64,000 nucleotides of DNA, taken from NCBI GenBank assembly GCA_964035545.1, contig OZ037766.1, positions 29,514,640 through 29,578,639 on the forward strand. The letters run 5' to 3'. The notes under the pieces are model-generated. The model had not been told where the DNA came from. It ran no database searches and worked only from the letters and a program-made list of their open reading frames with translations. Numbering within the stretch: position 1 is the stretch's first letter; each line of letters starts with the position of its first letter. The DNA is from Bugula neritina (Eukaryota > Animalia > Bryozoa). The position numbers were made by a program, and so were the translations under genes. This document shows, piece by piece, positions 30,901-45,320 of the stretch.

Positions 30901-32112
30901 GAGCCAGTTTTAGCACTTCTATAATATATACTTCCCGATGAGCAGCTTTTCATATCAAATTATATTAAGCTCTTTGATATAAAAGGTATACTGAGTATGT
31001 ATCAAGATTGTTATTATAATATGTTGAAAGTTTCACTGACTTCAGGTCTGACTTTTCAGCTACACTATACTTGATAAGTTAGAGGTATTTTTAAAAATAC
31101 ACTCAGAGAAGATGATTTTAAAGCGGCTTTATTGAACTTAATATTGCACAGTGATAATAACGACATTGATAGCTAATAGTAGGATTTTATTTCACATTGC
31201 TCAAAAATTATCATCAAAAAAATTTTAATTGTTAGTTGAATGTATTCAGTCAAAACAAAGGCATTATATTATACTGATCAGGTAATATATGCTTGACATG
31301 TGCTATAGAAATTAGTGTAATAGTTGCATAAGCTAGTGAGAGGTATTGATTTTGATTTCAACTTGATGAAAAGTTTCCTTTCTGGCTACTATTTGTATTT
31401 GCAGAGGGATCAAGTTATAAATAGATTATGATTTATAATTTAACCTGACACTAATGGTTGCTGTGAGACTGTTACTTGAAAACTCTTTCCCTTTCCTCAC
31501 CAAACCATTCAAATCAATATTTGAGCTAAACCATTTCATCCAAATAATTTAAATGAATAAAAATTACAAGACTATATATTATTTGCATATAGCCACAGTT
31601 TGCTATCATTGTCTCTCTTATGTGCTATCATATTCGTATGCTATAATATTTTATACAAGTTGATCATTATATTATTTTGTTGCATTGCGCTACAGCTGTG
31701 TGGGAACTCTTCTCTTACTGCTATGGGATCCTACATAGTTGGCTTAGCAATTTGTTGCAGTACTATAGGTGAGTTGAAAGTTGGTAGCTTTAAAATGATG
31801 TGAAAAATTACTATAAATGTGCACCTTTCGCGTATTATTTATACTAGAAAACCAAACAAAAGATAATTTTATGTAGTATTTAGACAGTATATACTGTATA
31901 TTGTCATTGCAATAACAATACCAGCTACTAATAGCTGCAGATATTGCAACTAATTATATATAATTATCAATGCACTCTTCTTAGTAATGAAAAAAAAACT
32001 TACTTTATGAATTGTATCAAGTTTAGTATAGTGGGTATAGTAAGTATAGTATAGCATATAGTAAGTATATTAGATATTATAATGAGCGCAGTGACCTTAG
32101 ATAAAAAAATGG

Positions 32113-34715
32113 GTTTGTTTGTTTGTTTTTATTTTGTAATAGTCGGGAAAAAATTAATTGAGAAAAAAAAAATAAACAAAATGACAGGGCCTATGGCGCA
32201 ATTATAGCACTGTAGCTAGTCGAGGCACCGAGCCATGAATGGTTGACAGTTTATAAGATTTCTGTTTAGGTTTTTGAAAGTTTTAGCAACTTAAAAAGTA
32301 TTATTTTTTTATCTGGAAATTTGCCATTAGATGGTCTCTCAGGGCAAGTTTGAAACCAGCCTCCCTCTCCACAGCACGAATAGAACTAGGCAATTTATTC
32401 CATAGCGACGAACATTGGAATTCCACTCTTCGTTGACCTGCAGCAGTTGATGATGGAGGAGTTTGTAGGCTGAACTCTGAAAATCTTGTGGGCTAGTTAT
32501 GTGTGAGATGTGTTAGTTGAGAATAGTAAAGTTTATGTGAGAGCAGTATTAGTTTGAATTTGTGTAGAGTGTGAATAGGCATGATTGAAGAACTAAGAAA
32601 CAGTGGTTTAGATGGGGAAAGGTGATGCTTTTTATATATAATTCTCAGTATTTTCTTTTGCAGTAAATGTAGTGGTTCAAGATAAATGTTTGCTGCATTA
32701 CCCCACGATTCTAAGCAATATGTTAATTTAGAATTTACAAAAGAGTTATATATTTGTATTAGAATTTTTCTAGGTAGGTGATTGGAACATTTACTTATCA
32801 AGCCTACTAAGGGCCTTAGGTTTTGACAAAGTTTGCTGCAATGTTGTTGCCAAGAAAGATGTGAATCTATTATAATACCTAAGAAGGTAGTTGGTTTTAC
32901 TTCCACTAATTTTTTGTTAAACATTTCTAAGGCAAAGCCATTTAAATCTTGTTTATTTTGCGCTGTTTTGATTATCATGTAGTTTGTTTTACTCATATTT
33001 ACAGTTAATTTATTTTTATTGCACCAATTTTCAATTTTCTTTAATTCACAGTTTATGATGTCCATATTGTTTAATAGATTTTTTGATTCAAAGAAGAGGT
33101 TCGTATCGTCGGCAAATAATATAGGGTCTAAATGCATAGTTACATCTGGAAGATCATTTATATAAATAAGGAATAGTGTAGGACCAAGTATGGATCCTTG
33201 TGGTACTCCACATGTGATATGAATAAAGTCAGAATATGTGTTGTTAATAATAGTAGCCTAGACTGTTGACGATTGGACAGATAATTTTTAATTAGCTTCA
33301 CACTGTGACTTGAAAAGTGGAGCATTTTTAATTTAGCTAATAAGATTTCATGATTTATTGTGTCAAAGGCCTTACTAAAATCGAGGAAAATTCCAGCTAC
33401 AGAACTACCATTGTTCATGGCATTTAAAACCTTATTTGTTAGATTAATTAAGGCAGTACTTGTTTTTCTATTTCGTCTAAAGCCGTACTGCTTATCAGTT
33501 AAATAATTTTTGCTTTGTAGAAAATTTACTATTTGCTTATTTAAAATCTTTTCAGCTATCTTACTGAAAACAGGTAATATAGAAATTGGGCAGTAATTAC
33601 TTACATCAGTAGCTATGCCTTTTTTGTGTAGAGGAACAACTTTAGCTTTTTTTAGTTCATTTGGAAAAGCGCCATCATTGATAATTGTGTTTATAATGAA
33701 AGATGAGATGCAGATATTTTTATTAGGTTAGTGGGAGCTAAATCTAATCCTGCAGCTTTGGCTGGGTTTACATCTTTAAGTAAGCTTTCAATGACTGTGC
33801 TTTCAATATTTGTAAAGCTAAACTGTTCATCAAGTTTTTTATCTGACTTCCGAGCTGTAAAATCAAAATTGTCGTCAGTGAATTTCTTTGATAACGTTGT
33901 TCCTATGGAAGTAAAGTATTTGTTAAAACTGTTTGCTATGTCCTTATCTTCAGTTAGTGTAATATTTTCAGATGTTAAGCTTTTAGGAGCATTTAATCCC
34001 TTTGATCGATTTTTTCCTAGATGTTCGTTTATGACTTTCCAACATTTACTAGAATCTGAAGTATTTTCAAAAAAAGATTCAAAATATGAGGTCTTGGATC
34101 TACGCAAATTCTTCGTAACTAAATTTTTTAGAGTTTTATGTTTAAATTTAAGTTTCAAGTTTAGAGGGGAATTTAAGGATTGTCTATAAACATAATCCCT
34201 TTTGTTCATCAGCTTAATTAATTCAACACTAATCCAGGGTCTTTTATTTGTTTTAAGTTTGCGTGGCCAATTTGTTGAGAATTTTACTAATGGAGCATGT
34301 TTATTGCATAAATCCATAAATATTTTAAAGAAACTGTCATACCTAGAATTCACATCTTTCTTGGCATATACTTCGGAGTTCCAGTCTACTTTAGAAAGAT
34401 CTTTCAAAAATAGTTCTTCATTTATTTTCTTATAATTTCTAATGTTTGTAGATTTAGTTATATTAAAATAGTTAGTTAAATTTTCTATTTTGATAAAAGT
34501 AGGCAAGTGATCTGCTATGCTTGTTGTTATTGTTCCAGATGTTAAGAATTTATCATAAAAATTAACATTTATATGATCTAAGCAAGAATTGTATCGTGTA
34601 GGAATCTGAATTGAATTTATAAAATGAGAGCAGGATAGGATGTTGAGGTAAGATGTACTCACAGGATCGGATTTAAGAGTGTCGATATTGATATCACCTA
34701 TATATATGTTCTTGC
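32113..34715 (-). mobile_element. 5'-truncated, frameshifted non-LTR retrotransposon (CR1/L2-like LINE, ORF2 remnant)
   Basis: AP-endonuclease tail motifs GDINID, PTRYNSCLDHI, ADHLP. RT motifs YCPISILPVFSK, QYGFR, FLDFSKAFDTINH, GVPQGSILGP, LFADDT, FLGIIIDSHLSW. Split over ORFs 33691-34746, 33158-33418 and 32493-33137. 3' tail of AATAAA plus (AAAC)n on the minus strand near 32113-32135. Confidence 0.93.
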
Positions 34716-35364
34716 TGAAATTTGACCACACCCACCAAACCAGCAAATAAAAATGTTTTGAAAATATTAGGCCACGTTGAAATTGCTCTGTTTCAAGGAA
34801 ATTATGTTTTTAGGCTGTTAGCCTATTGGAAGTTTCATAATAACACTTGAATAATTCTTCTAATATCAATAATAAATATTTTAGTAGCATCAGCCTTTGG
34901 TTGGCTTAAAGGTCTAGGTGCTGTTCCTCCAACAACACCAAACTAGCCCCTCTATGTTGGATGCTACTTAGTTAGCAGTTCTGTAAACAATCCACCAATG
35001 AAGAGAGAGACAGAGAATGTTCCTTATATGGTAGTAGAACTCTGCATTGGTTTGTGCATTGTAAAAGGTAATATACTGATTGACAACTATATATATACAC
35101 TGTTTATACCTTATTAACTGATGCACTGTGAATCTACTATAGTATTTTATTGTATAAATATGACAATTTTTATTACTATAATATGTCTATGCAGTTAAAC
35201 CAGCAAAATTTCATTTTAGAAAAAAAAATTATTGCATATAAAATAAAAATTTATATTGCTTTATTTTCTGTAATTTGGTGTTAGTATATTACCCCCTGTT
35301 TAAGCTATTATCCAAGCTAGTTAATTTGAAAACATAGGTGTGAACAATCCATGCATCATGTATG

Positions 35365-35467
35365 TATATTCGGCTGTTGATTATTACCATCAAAATATTA
35401 CACTTGTATACCATGTGCACATTGTATACAAGTGTAATATTTTGATGGTAATCAACAGCCGAATATA
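35365..35467. repeat. Near-perfect 103-bp palindrome with TA ends (MITE/foldback-like)
   Basis: tatattcggctgttgattattaccatcaaaatattacacttgtatac-c-atgtgcacat-t-gtatacaagtgtaatattttgatggtaatcaacagccgaatata; one mismatch and one 3-nt indel. Confidence 0.9.
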
Positions 35468-36259
35468 ATTTTCAATTTCTTCTTTATAACTTGGATACTC
35501 TCAAAGTATGAAAATATATAAAAGTCTTCAACACTTGGCTGCTAAAATCAACATCTAATCATGCTATTAAGTTTGTATACTCACTATACATCTGTTGACT
35601 GGAGATATAATATCACGATGAGTCATGCTTTAGGTCAGCCATATGCTGGGTTAGATGCCGGAGGGAGATGTTCGTGTGGATTGAGTTATGACAGAGATGG
35701 GAGCACATTTGATAACCTCTGTAATGATCAGTGTACAGGAAACTCAACTCAGTTGTGTGGCTCTAGCATAGCTATGAGCGTCTACCAGACCTTCTCAGGT
35801 AGGAAATCTTCAGTTTTTGCACAAATAAAAAATGCACACATGCATGATGTGTACTGAGTACATGCATGGCTAATATTTGTCACAAAATTCATATATAAAT
35901 ATACATTATACATAGTCAAAATTTTCTACAAAATATAATCACACATGACTAATATTATTTATTACAACATTGAGTATATATATAAAACACATTGCTAATA
36001 ATTTATATGTTTACACATGTGAAGCCTAAATTTGATTTCTTGTTGAACGACTTTTTACAGCAAAGCATCTTTTCTTTGTTTACGGTTGAAATTTATCATA
36101 AGAACAATTCATTAAGTGTTTCTAATTTTTAAGTAGCCTACTGCAGTGCTTGCATATTTTAATTTTCGCTTCAAACAACTATAATAAACTATATTTTCTG
36201 TTCATTTCATATATTATGTTATTTCTTAGCAGTTGTCATTTTTATTGTTTATTTATTAG

Positions 36260-37512
36260 ATGAAGGAAAAGTATCAAAATCTCGAAATGTCAATTTAATT
36301 TCTGGATCAACTCGCTACAATTCAATAAACATGATTTCCATAGAAGAGGATGTTGTAACTTTTATCGAGCATCCTCAAACCTCCAACTCTATACTTGCTG
36401 CCACTAGTCAACAACTGATAACTGTAGGCAGCGATGGTGAATGCACAGTGGTAGCTGGTGCAGCTGTAGATCAATGTCGTTTTGAGTCGAATGACTATAG
36501 CTTTGACTCAATCAGTCACATTTTACATGTTGACTTCAGCTACTTTAGATCTGAAGCAGATTTGTTTGGCAGCAAGTTTTACATCCTTGTTGCCGAAGAA
36601 AGCAGGAATTGTATAAGAATAGTCGACTTGGAGAATATAAACAAACATACGGGCACTGTGATTGGTCAGTGTGATTTGTCAATGTATAGTTTGGAAAATA
36701 TGCAGTTTCAGTTGAAAGATATAGCCTTTCAATCTCCAAAATACTTGTCGGTAATTAACTTGTCTAATTCTGGAAAAATTATTATCAACGAATGTTCCTC
36801 AAATCAATACGGTTGTCCTCCAAATCACGTGGTGATACATGTATTTGAGTCTACAATATTTGGATACAGATACACTAGTGGCGCTGGCTATGTGCCATCG
36901 ATACCTACAGACTTTCATTACCCTGCTGTTTTTCTATATGACACTTCACAGGTTACTGGCTCTTCATCAATTAATTGTTACTTTGCAACGCTTTATGAAA
37001 ATGATGGCACCAGTTATTCATCCTTTATAACAAACGAGTATGAATATAATTCCTTTATACCACAAGTATATTTAGGCTGGTACATAGTCCTATATAACAA
37101 AAACATTGTCTACTTGGATTATGAGAATGATTCTAGTCGAAAGCTCAAAGTCCTGCCGATTCAAAACATGACTCATGGAGAGATTGAGTCGTTGAGTCAG
37201 ATTTTTGTCTCGTCTCGAATCAACCAAATTATTGCGTACAGCCAATCCAGTAAAAGCTTTCATTTTATCAAAAATTTTGGTTCGAGGTTTGCGTATCGAG
37301 TGGAACTCACTGACAGTTACTGTTCATTGGAGACTCTGGAGAGGGTGTCATGTGACTCTGTCGAGTCGTGTGGCTTCTATTGTGCTAAGAATAGTCAATG
37401 CAATGCGTTTAGTTTTGCTCTTAGCAGAGGCTACTGCCTGCTACACAATCAAGATCGAACAAATGATGAGAAACTTCTAAAAGGAGTGGTGTGTTATTAT
37501 TCCATTATGTAA
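36260..37512 (+). CDS. Large intact last exon (NHL-like region plus PAN/apple domain) of the WSC-domain gene
   Basis: Contains the 393-aa ORF 36331-37512; open back to the acceptor tattag|AT at 36260. Confidence 0.75.
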
Positions 37513-38131
37513 GCCAATCATTTGACTTGCTATGAATACAAAGCTAAAACAGTTGCATTCTTGAGTCAAATCTGCATTTCAAAAACATTATAAGATAGCA
37601 TTGATACTAACTGAAAACTAAACGAGTAAAATGTATACTACCAAAACTTTTTTTGCTTCTCATGTTTGCCTATGATTGCACAGTTATTTACATTTTATTG
37701 CATTATATAATTCTAAAAAGACATTATTGAACATGTGCAACTGCAGTTTGAGTTTTCTTGGCTTGCATATACTGCATGCTGAGAGTCATTATAACTTCAA
37801 AAGATATTTGCAAGCAACTATTTTATATCCTGTATATTAAATATAATATATTACTTACTTATGTTATACTTAGTTATGATAACAAATCATTTCCAATTAC
37901 GTCAATTTTGTCGTGGATAAAATATTACATATCTATAGAGCAATTGCAAGCGTAACTATATTGTAAAATAGTTTCGTAATTGAAAATTAAAATTATTATA
38001 TGCTTTTCAACTATGTATACTTGAATGAAAATTTTAAATATTATAATAAAATTGTTGTATTGTGTGCTAAAAGTATATAAAATTAAACTTTTACTTGCAT
38101 GTCTGCCTTCTAAGTAGCTTATGCAGTCCGC

Positions 38132-38497
<366 letters not shown>

Positions 38498-39440
38498 ACG
38501 ATCTGCCTTCTAAGTCTAGCCAATACTTCAAATATATAACAGATAAAGTCACACACACAATTTTAAAACATCGTCAAATAATTAAACAAGTAATTGCTGT
38601 TCTAAACATAAATACTACTTTGATTTAACAAGTGGTTCTTATAGTTTCTTTTTCATGCAGCATGGCTACTACTGAACTTGTGGAATAACTATAGTCAACA
38701 AAATTGTTACTTTAAAATCGCGTAATTCTGCAAAAAAAATTATAAAAAACCCAAATCCATTATGCTTTTTAAAGTTCAGCTAAAACAGCTGAACTAACCA
38801 TGTTGGTATTATAATTATGCTAATATACATAAGCAGAACATTAATAATCACAGCATTTTATTAACTGGGGAATGTTCCTGTTTATAATATAATACTTTAT
38901 AGAACTGTAGCCTAGCCACTGTATATTGCTAGTTCGAAATCATCCTGTTATAATTCAATACTAAGGTGTTAATTAGATATTATGAACAAAGCTCTACTTA
39001 CAAATAAAAATACCCATGATTTTCTATTTCGATGTCAGATTGAATATCCTAAAGTTATTATATAGATATCTACTATTTGATTAAACTCAGGACCTTGTTG
39101 GTAGTATAAGAATATACTTGCTATTTTTAAATAATTATTTTCTACAAATTAATCGATACATTCATTTCAAGTTCAGACCTGTCCATATACTCTTTCTTCA
39201 ACTCAACAGCAATAAAAAGGCCAGTTGGCAGGTCTGGTTAGTATAGCCACCAAAGTATAAGCCTTTTGTTCTCAACGTATTGTCTTCTTTGAATATTATT
39301 GTTTATTTTTTTTTAAAGCTCAGCTCCTTCTAGCTGTTCTTAGAAAGGTAGCACAGAAATTAATTGCGTACATGTATAACTTTTAAGATAGGTTTAGAGT
39401 TACTGTACTACCGAACAGCATTCAAAGTAAATTCAAGGCA

Positions 39441-42400
39441 ATGAAGGCATCTTTTGTCATCTGCTTTCTATCTCTGCTGTCAGCTTGTCAGCTTGAGCAG
39501 CTTTCATATCTCAATGAAGCAAAAACAGACGTTGCAGGATTAAATCCATTTCTCAGTCTTCTACAGAAGGAAGACACAGGCAGATTATTAGTTAAACAGT
39601 CAAATAAAATCAGGAGAAACTCTGTAAATCAAGTGGATGTGACAGAGGAAGATAAAAATAGCTGCAAGTGCAAGGACCGAGCTGCAAAGAGATTGAGAAG
39701 AGAGATTAAAGATGTTTCTTTTCAAAGATGTGAGTTTTTCAGTTTGTTATATTGTAGTAATTTCAAGTGTAGTAATTTTAAGTGTAACATATTTATTTTA
39801 CAATAAAAGTGATGACAAGTCGAACAAAAAGACAGCTTAAAAATTTCTTTCTATAATTGTTAGGACACTACACTGGAATATACTGCAAAATTCCTAGACA
39901 TTATTTCCATTATAATGTATATGAAGTTATGAACTATACTTTTATCTACATTTTTGTGGTCTAAAGATTTATTTCTTTTTTTGAAGAAAATATTATTATT
40001 TAATATAATTTACGGCCTAAGATGCATCAAACAAATATGGCAAGCAATTTCTAATGCATTAAATATTATAATATTTATGCTGCCACATACATTAAAATTT
40101 TCAAAAAAGAAAAAATATATATGTTCAAGCATTTAGTAGGATAGACCTGTTTATAAAATAATTAAATATATAGCTTTAATAATTTGTCTATTTGAGGCAT
40201 ATATCTACTATAGCACATAAAACAGTTTAGTATTATTGTTTTTTTAGAAATTTTTAAACATTTCAATTAAATAATATATAAAAGAAATTTTTTTTGTAAA
40301 ATGCTTTGGTAATCCCTGTAAATCTTATCTTTTAGTTTTAAATAGTTTTTAATTATGCTTTTAACTAAGTGCCCCTTTTAGATTTACTATTCATTGTAAC
40401 AAAATGGCGATATTTTCTAAATGTGGCAGTAAAATAAATGATTAATAACGCAGCTCAGTGGGATAATAAAATAATTCTTGCAGTTTCATTAATTGGCATG
40501 CGGCTTACAATAAACAATATTTTATGTACATTGTAGAGCTATTGGCAACAATTTAAGGCTATCATAGCATGTAATAAATTCAAACAAACATTTCTTTATT
40601 TACACAATATTCTAAGCTGCATGTCATTATATATGAGGTGTAAAAATTACCACATCTCTATAAGGTATTGAGTATTGACGGTATTTACTATTTAATTGTG
40701 AAGTTCTTTAGAATACTTTATAATGTAAGTTCTTTACACAAAATATCATTACATCATGTAGCACAATGATATTTTATCATCACTATAATAATTTAAATAA
40801 ATTTAACCTGCCAACAAATTTGAATAATAAATCAATTTTTTAAGTATTTGTATTTTAACTTAATGTATATTTATAGGTACTGCTTGGAATGGAGAGGAAG
40901 CTTTGCTGTTATCTAATATCAGCCTCTCTCCTTCCCCTCTCATAGCCCCAGGAAATCTCCACGTCAACTTTGATGCAGAAGTTAAGAAACAACTTCCAGA
41001 AAGTATTCAGGTATGTATCATCAATACAAACATAACACAGTGTTTTTGCAAAGCTCATTTTGTTCTTTAAAATCCCCAAAACAGAAAATGTATTATATTA
41101 TATTATATTATATTGTATTATAGGAATATGTATAAAATAAAATATAGCAATGCAACATATAGGAGCTAACGTATATTTCAGTAACAAGACTTCGATATAG
41201 TATTAGAACAACTATATTTGAAATTGAACTAAAAACTGATGCATCAAATTATAAGCTGTTTGATTATAGAAAGAAAATGTATCAAGTTGAACAGCAAGAA
41301 AGTAGTTTACTTAGTAATTGATGATTTGAGTTGAACTCAGTTATATGTTTGCATAGTGCAGCTGAGCAAATACAAGTCTATTGTCGTGTTGAAATGTAAT
41401 GGAATCAATGGAACAGAATAATTAGAGAACAATGGTTAATATACTGGCAATGTGTACTTAGGTGTGTTCAAAATATTTTATTTGAAATATGTTATAGAGC
41501 ACCTGTTTATGAAAGCAGCTGGTTAACATAGTAGTATACATTTTTCATTTCTGCCACATGTGAAAGTAATTGAAATGCCAGATTAGTTGTATTAATAAAG
41601 AAACCAATGAGATTAAAATAGTTTAGTATAATATACACATGTATCAAACTCCATTGTGTAAATGTATCTCCATTTATTCTAACTCATCTAATGCTAACTT
41701 TACAGTAGCTGATGAATTTTAGTTGTGCAGAATGGCACTCTGCATGGTGCTTAATTAATTTTTGGTTTTGTTCAATTGCAATTTTTTCACAAAAATAAAG
41801 ATTATTTAACAACATTGGGGAAATAATATGCTTTTAATAGATGCTCTATACATAAGTTCCTTAGATGTATATACATGAGCTTTAATGGTGAAACCGCAAC
41901 CATAAGTCACAACCACAAAGATTTATGCAGCAGCTGCATTTAGAAAGTAAATTTTTGTAGGTGTAAACTTGACTGAAGTTGTATTACTCACTCCATCCTA
42001 ACATATATAATAACATAGTCATAAACACCATATTAAAAATATGTCTTTTTTGTTAAATAACCTATTGATAATTTATGAAGTATTTTAACTTTTGTCCATA
42101 AAATTTCTGGCTGCACACAACCTAGAATATGCATTATGTAAGCACATGTGATCACATTGCTAATTGACTCAACAGAACTGATGTGAAAAACCACCATTAA
42201 AAATAAATGTTGATGAACAGGCGAATAGTTTTTGTTTGACTAAAACCTTTTTAATGAACGTATTTATTAATGCATTTAATTTCAAAGTTACACCTCATTG
42301 TAGTAATATGCAATTAATATATCTTTATACTCCATCTAATGTGAAATAACACAATTATAATACACTTTACTTATATGATGTGCAACAATCATTTTCATGT

Positions 42401-43930
42401 AAAAGCAATTAGTTATTATGTAATCATGCAGGTTTTCTTTTTAGATTATGTCATATTTTATTAAAATTGATTGTGATAATATTTCCAGATTGATGTGGAT
42501 GTATACAAATACATGTTTGATACTCTCCCTGTAAGTGTGCCGTGTCTTACTGTACGTAATGTGAAGGATCTTAGCCTGGGTTCATGGTAAGCCTTCATCC
42601 CTACTTTTATTGTGTCTCAATTTATGATACATTGTGAAACTATAAACTCCTAATGAAGGCTTTTTGCTTTTTTTTATACTGTAACAGAAGACTTCAGCTA
42701 ATTTGAAATAAATGTACTTAGAATACATAGATTTGCATCAACAAAAATAGTCTATCTTAATTTAAAACTGCAAGAAAGCATGTGCTAAACCCTGTGCTAA
42801 GTATTTAGTTCAAATGCCAGCCTGGCAATAAGTGATGCCATTAATTGGTTTATGATAGGATTATTTAGGCAACAATTTTTAAACAACTATACAAAATATG
42901 TATCCTTACACTTTAGAATATGTTTCCCAGAATATATATAAATTAATACAGTTGTTAGTTAGAAAATGACAGACATGCAGATCACTAATTCTCCTTTCCT
43001 TTGGCAATTGGGATCAAAACATTATAGCTAATAACTTCCATTTTTGTCAACTGAAGCATAGCAATTCTTTTTGCTGAGCTTTGATTCCAACTTAGACGAA
43101 CATAATTGTGCATATTGTTGCTTAAATATCTTAGCATCATGCTGGCAGTCTATTGGTTTATTGCAGCACATACTGGGATGTCTGCAGCTCGGTTAAAGGG
43201 TCAGCTTGCCCTACATTTCAGAGCAACAGCTTGCCGTGTGCTTGTGAGGAGATAACTCCTGGGTTCTATACATTCAGCAAACCTCTAACCTATATCATAC
43301 CAAACATCAACAGCATATTTGATGTCCTTGTCAAGGTGAGTAGAGTCAGTCATCACAGTGAGTAGAGGAGACAACTCCGGCTGCTAAATATAAGATTCTA
43401 TGCTATCAGTAACAATAAAGAAAAAGTTGTTTGCTAGAATGATATTTTTGATCAGGGATGCGTTTAATATTCATGATTAATTTGAAAACTAGTGCGCATT
43501 CATAACCCTCAAAAAATTGGTGAAGTTTCTTCCTTCGGTTTGTATACCATAAAGAAAAAATAGATGAGTAAAATCAACATAATATTGTACGAATGTTTCT
43601 TTAAAAATAAAGTTACATTGAATTTCGAAAATCTCTTGATGGAATATAAAGTTCGGGGTCATTGATTGCAGTGGTTAAGGAGGGGCAGGTCTCTGTTGCA
43701 CTCAATGACTTCAAACCATGTGCTGCATTTAGTGATTTCCTTAAATTTTATCTGCCAACTGTAGGGTATAATTGTTGCTATAGGGATCTTACAAAATGCG
43801 GATGGCATTCACAGACTCTCGTACTAAAGCTGAGTTTGGTTGCATTGAGGCTAACTGGAAAATCACGAAGCTCCATAAAGACAAAGACTCCTACAGAGCC
43901 CTATTCTTTAAACAGCGCAACAGCCTATGA
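39441..43930 (+). CDS. GM2A: Ganglioside GM2 activator-like / MD-2-related lipid-recognition (ML) protein (~278 aa)
   Basis: Exons 39441-39729, 40877-41010, 42489-42586, 43167-43335, 43784-43930; frame closes. Signal peptide, then SFQRC...ISLSPSPLIAPGNLHV...VPCL...GSCTYWDVC...LPCAC...PGFY...GSYKMRM...EFGCI, matching the GM2A pattern (LEPDPIIVPGNV, IPC..IGSCT, LPCHCP, GNYRI, LGCI). Symbol indicates family, not proven orthology. Confidence 0.85.
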
Positions 43931-45320
43931 ACTATGTTATATAAATTATTTCAATATATTAATTTCAATAATATGCTGTGAGCAATACATAATTGACAAT
44001 GAACTTTACTATATACCATTTTTACAATATAATATATTATCTTGTAAAATGTTTAACTTAATGCACTACAGAGCAATTGATTACAGCAATTTATAATTAT
44101 CCTAGATATTGTATTTTGTGTACAGAACTGCTACATAAAGACATGGTATTTGATGAATTAAAACTCTTGTTTTTTGAAGAATTTTTCACTTTTGTAAGAT
44201 TAGTACTGTTGAATGTTTTAATTTCACTGGCCCCATTCACTATTTGATGATAAATATTTACAGAAACATAATATGTGGTTTGAAAAATTGGTATCCTTTA
44301 AGTGTTGATGTGACGCATATAGCTCTTTACACTTTCTATTGCAGCATACTATACCAATAGTTATAATGCGTCAATCAGAACTCGTGTATCTGTATGTACG
44401 GCCATTTTATTTTCTCTACAGAGTGAAGGCTGACCTACATGAATAAAAGTGTATGTACAAAGAACAACTTGTATAATAATAGACAGCGAAATCAAGTGCA
44501 AATATATTACATAATAATTACATATTACATAATATATTATATATTAATTATATATTAATCTTAGCTGAGACAACTTCATATTCTCTAGCCAACAACTAAT
44601 TAACATTGAAACTGAAAAACAAAACTATGCAACACATTTTAAAATGAGCAACAGTTAGAAGTAAAGTATATAGTCAATAGTTATTAAATTATAAGAGTAA
44701 ATAGCTCAAAAAGACAACTCCTCGAGAGCTAAAATGAGAACAAATGATTATAGTGATGGAAAACTTTAGACGTCTTCCACTATCGCTTGCACTTTCTATT
44801 TCAATTAAAAGCTTGAGACCTGATGATTCGAACCGCAATAGTTTTGTAACGTGAAAGAAATATATCAAAGTATAGAAATGGTGTAATTCAGAATCATTTA
44901 CCATAATAATGCTTTTAACACTCTTTTTAACATGGTTTTCCTGATGCTAATTATTATAGCCGGAACACCCAGTGAACATCAAGCTTTGTAATTATATAGA
45001 AAGTGCCGAGTAGAAGACCTTTGATACTAGCAACTAAGTTGTGGGAGAAACACCAATACCTGGAAAAGATCATATATGCTAGAAAACTACAAAATGAGAA
45101 AATTGCTAATCTATAGAAAATATGATAAGCTGAATTATCAGACTGGAAATTTTTGCTATTTAAAAAATAAGAACGAGATTTATTTATAAGACTCTTATAT
45201 TGAGAATTGTCTCCTCTATAATATCACATGACCACTCGGGAATATTATAGCAAGTAAGAGCTGAGCTGAACATGATTTACTGCGCAATGATTGACAAATA
45301 TTTGAGCTGGAATCACGGAT

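Larger units (their letters stand above)
31723..37512 (+). pseudogene. Secreted WSC + NHL-like + PAN/apple domain gene with an in-frame stop in exon 2 (pseudogene or null allele)
   Basis: Exons 31723-31768, 34888-35067, 35634-35798, 36260-37512; phase-1 introns; 548 codons. Signal peptide MGSYIVGLAICCSTIASA. WSC: YVGCY...MVVELCIGLC..GQPYAGL..GRCSCG...CNDQCTGNSTQLCG...MSVY. NHL-like ILVAEESRNCIRIVD. C-terminal PAN: C...SVESCGFYCAKNSQCNAFSF....CLLH. TAG at 34944-34946 (codon 35). Confidence 0.7.

Noticed and set aside
33731-34435. Plus-strand ORFs of 152 and 77 aa
   Set aside because: Antisense shadows of the LINE ORF2.
43662-44096. 144-aa ORF
   Set aside because: Overlaps the last GM2A-like exon in a different frame; the frame from 43784 is the one with ML-domain motifs.
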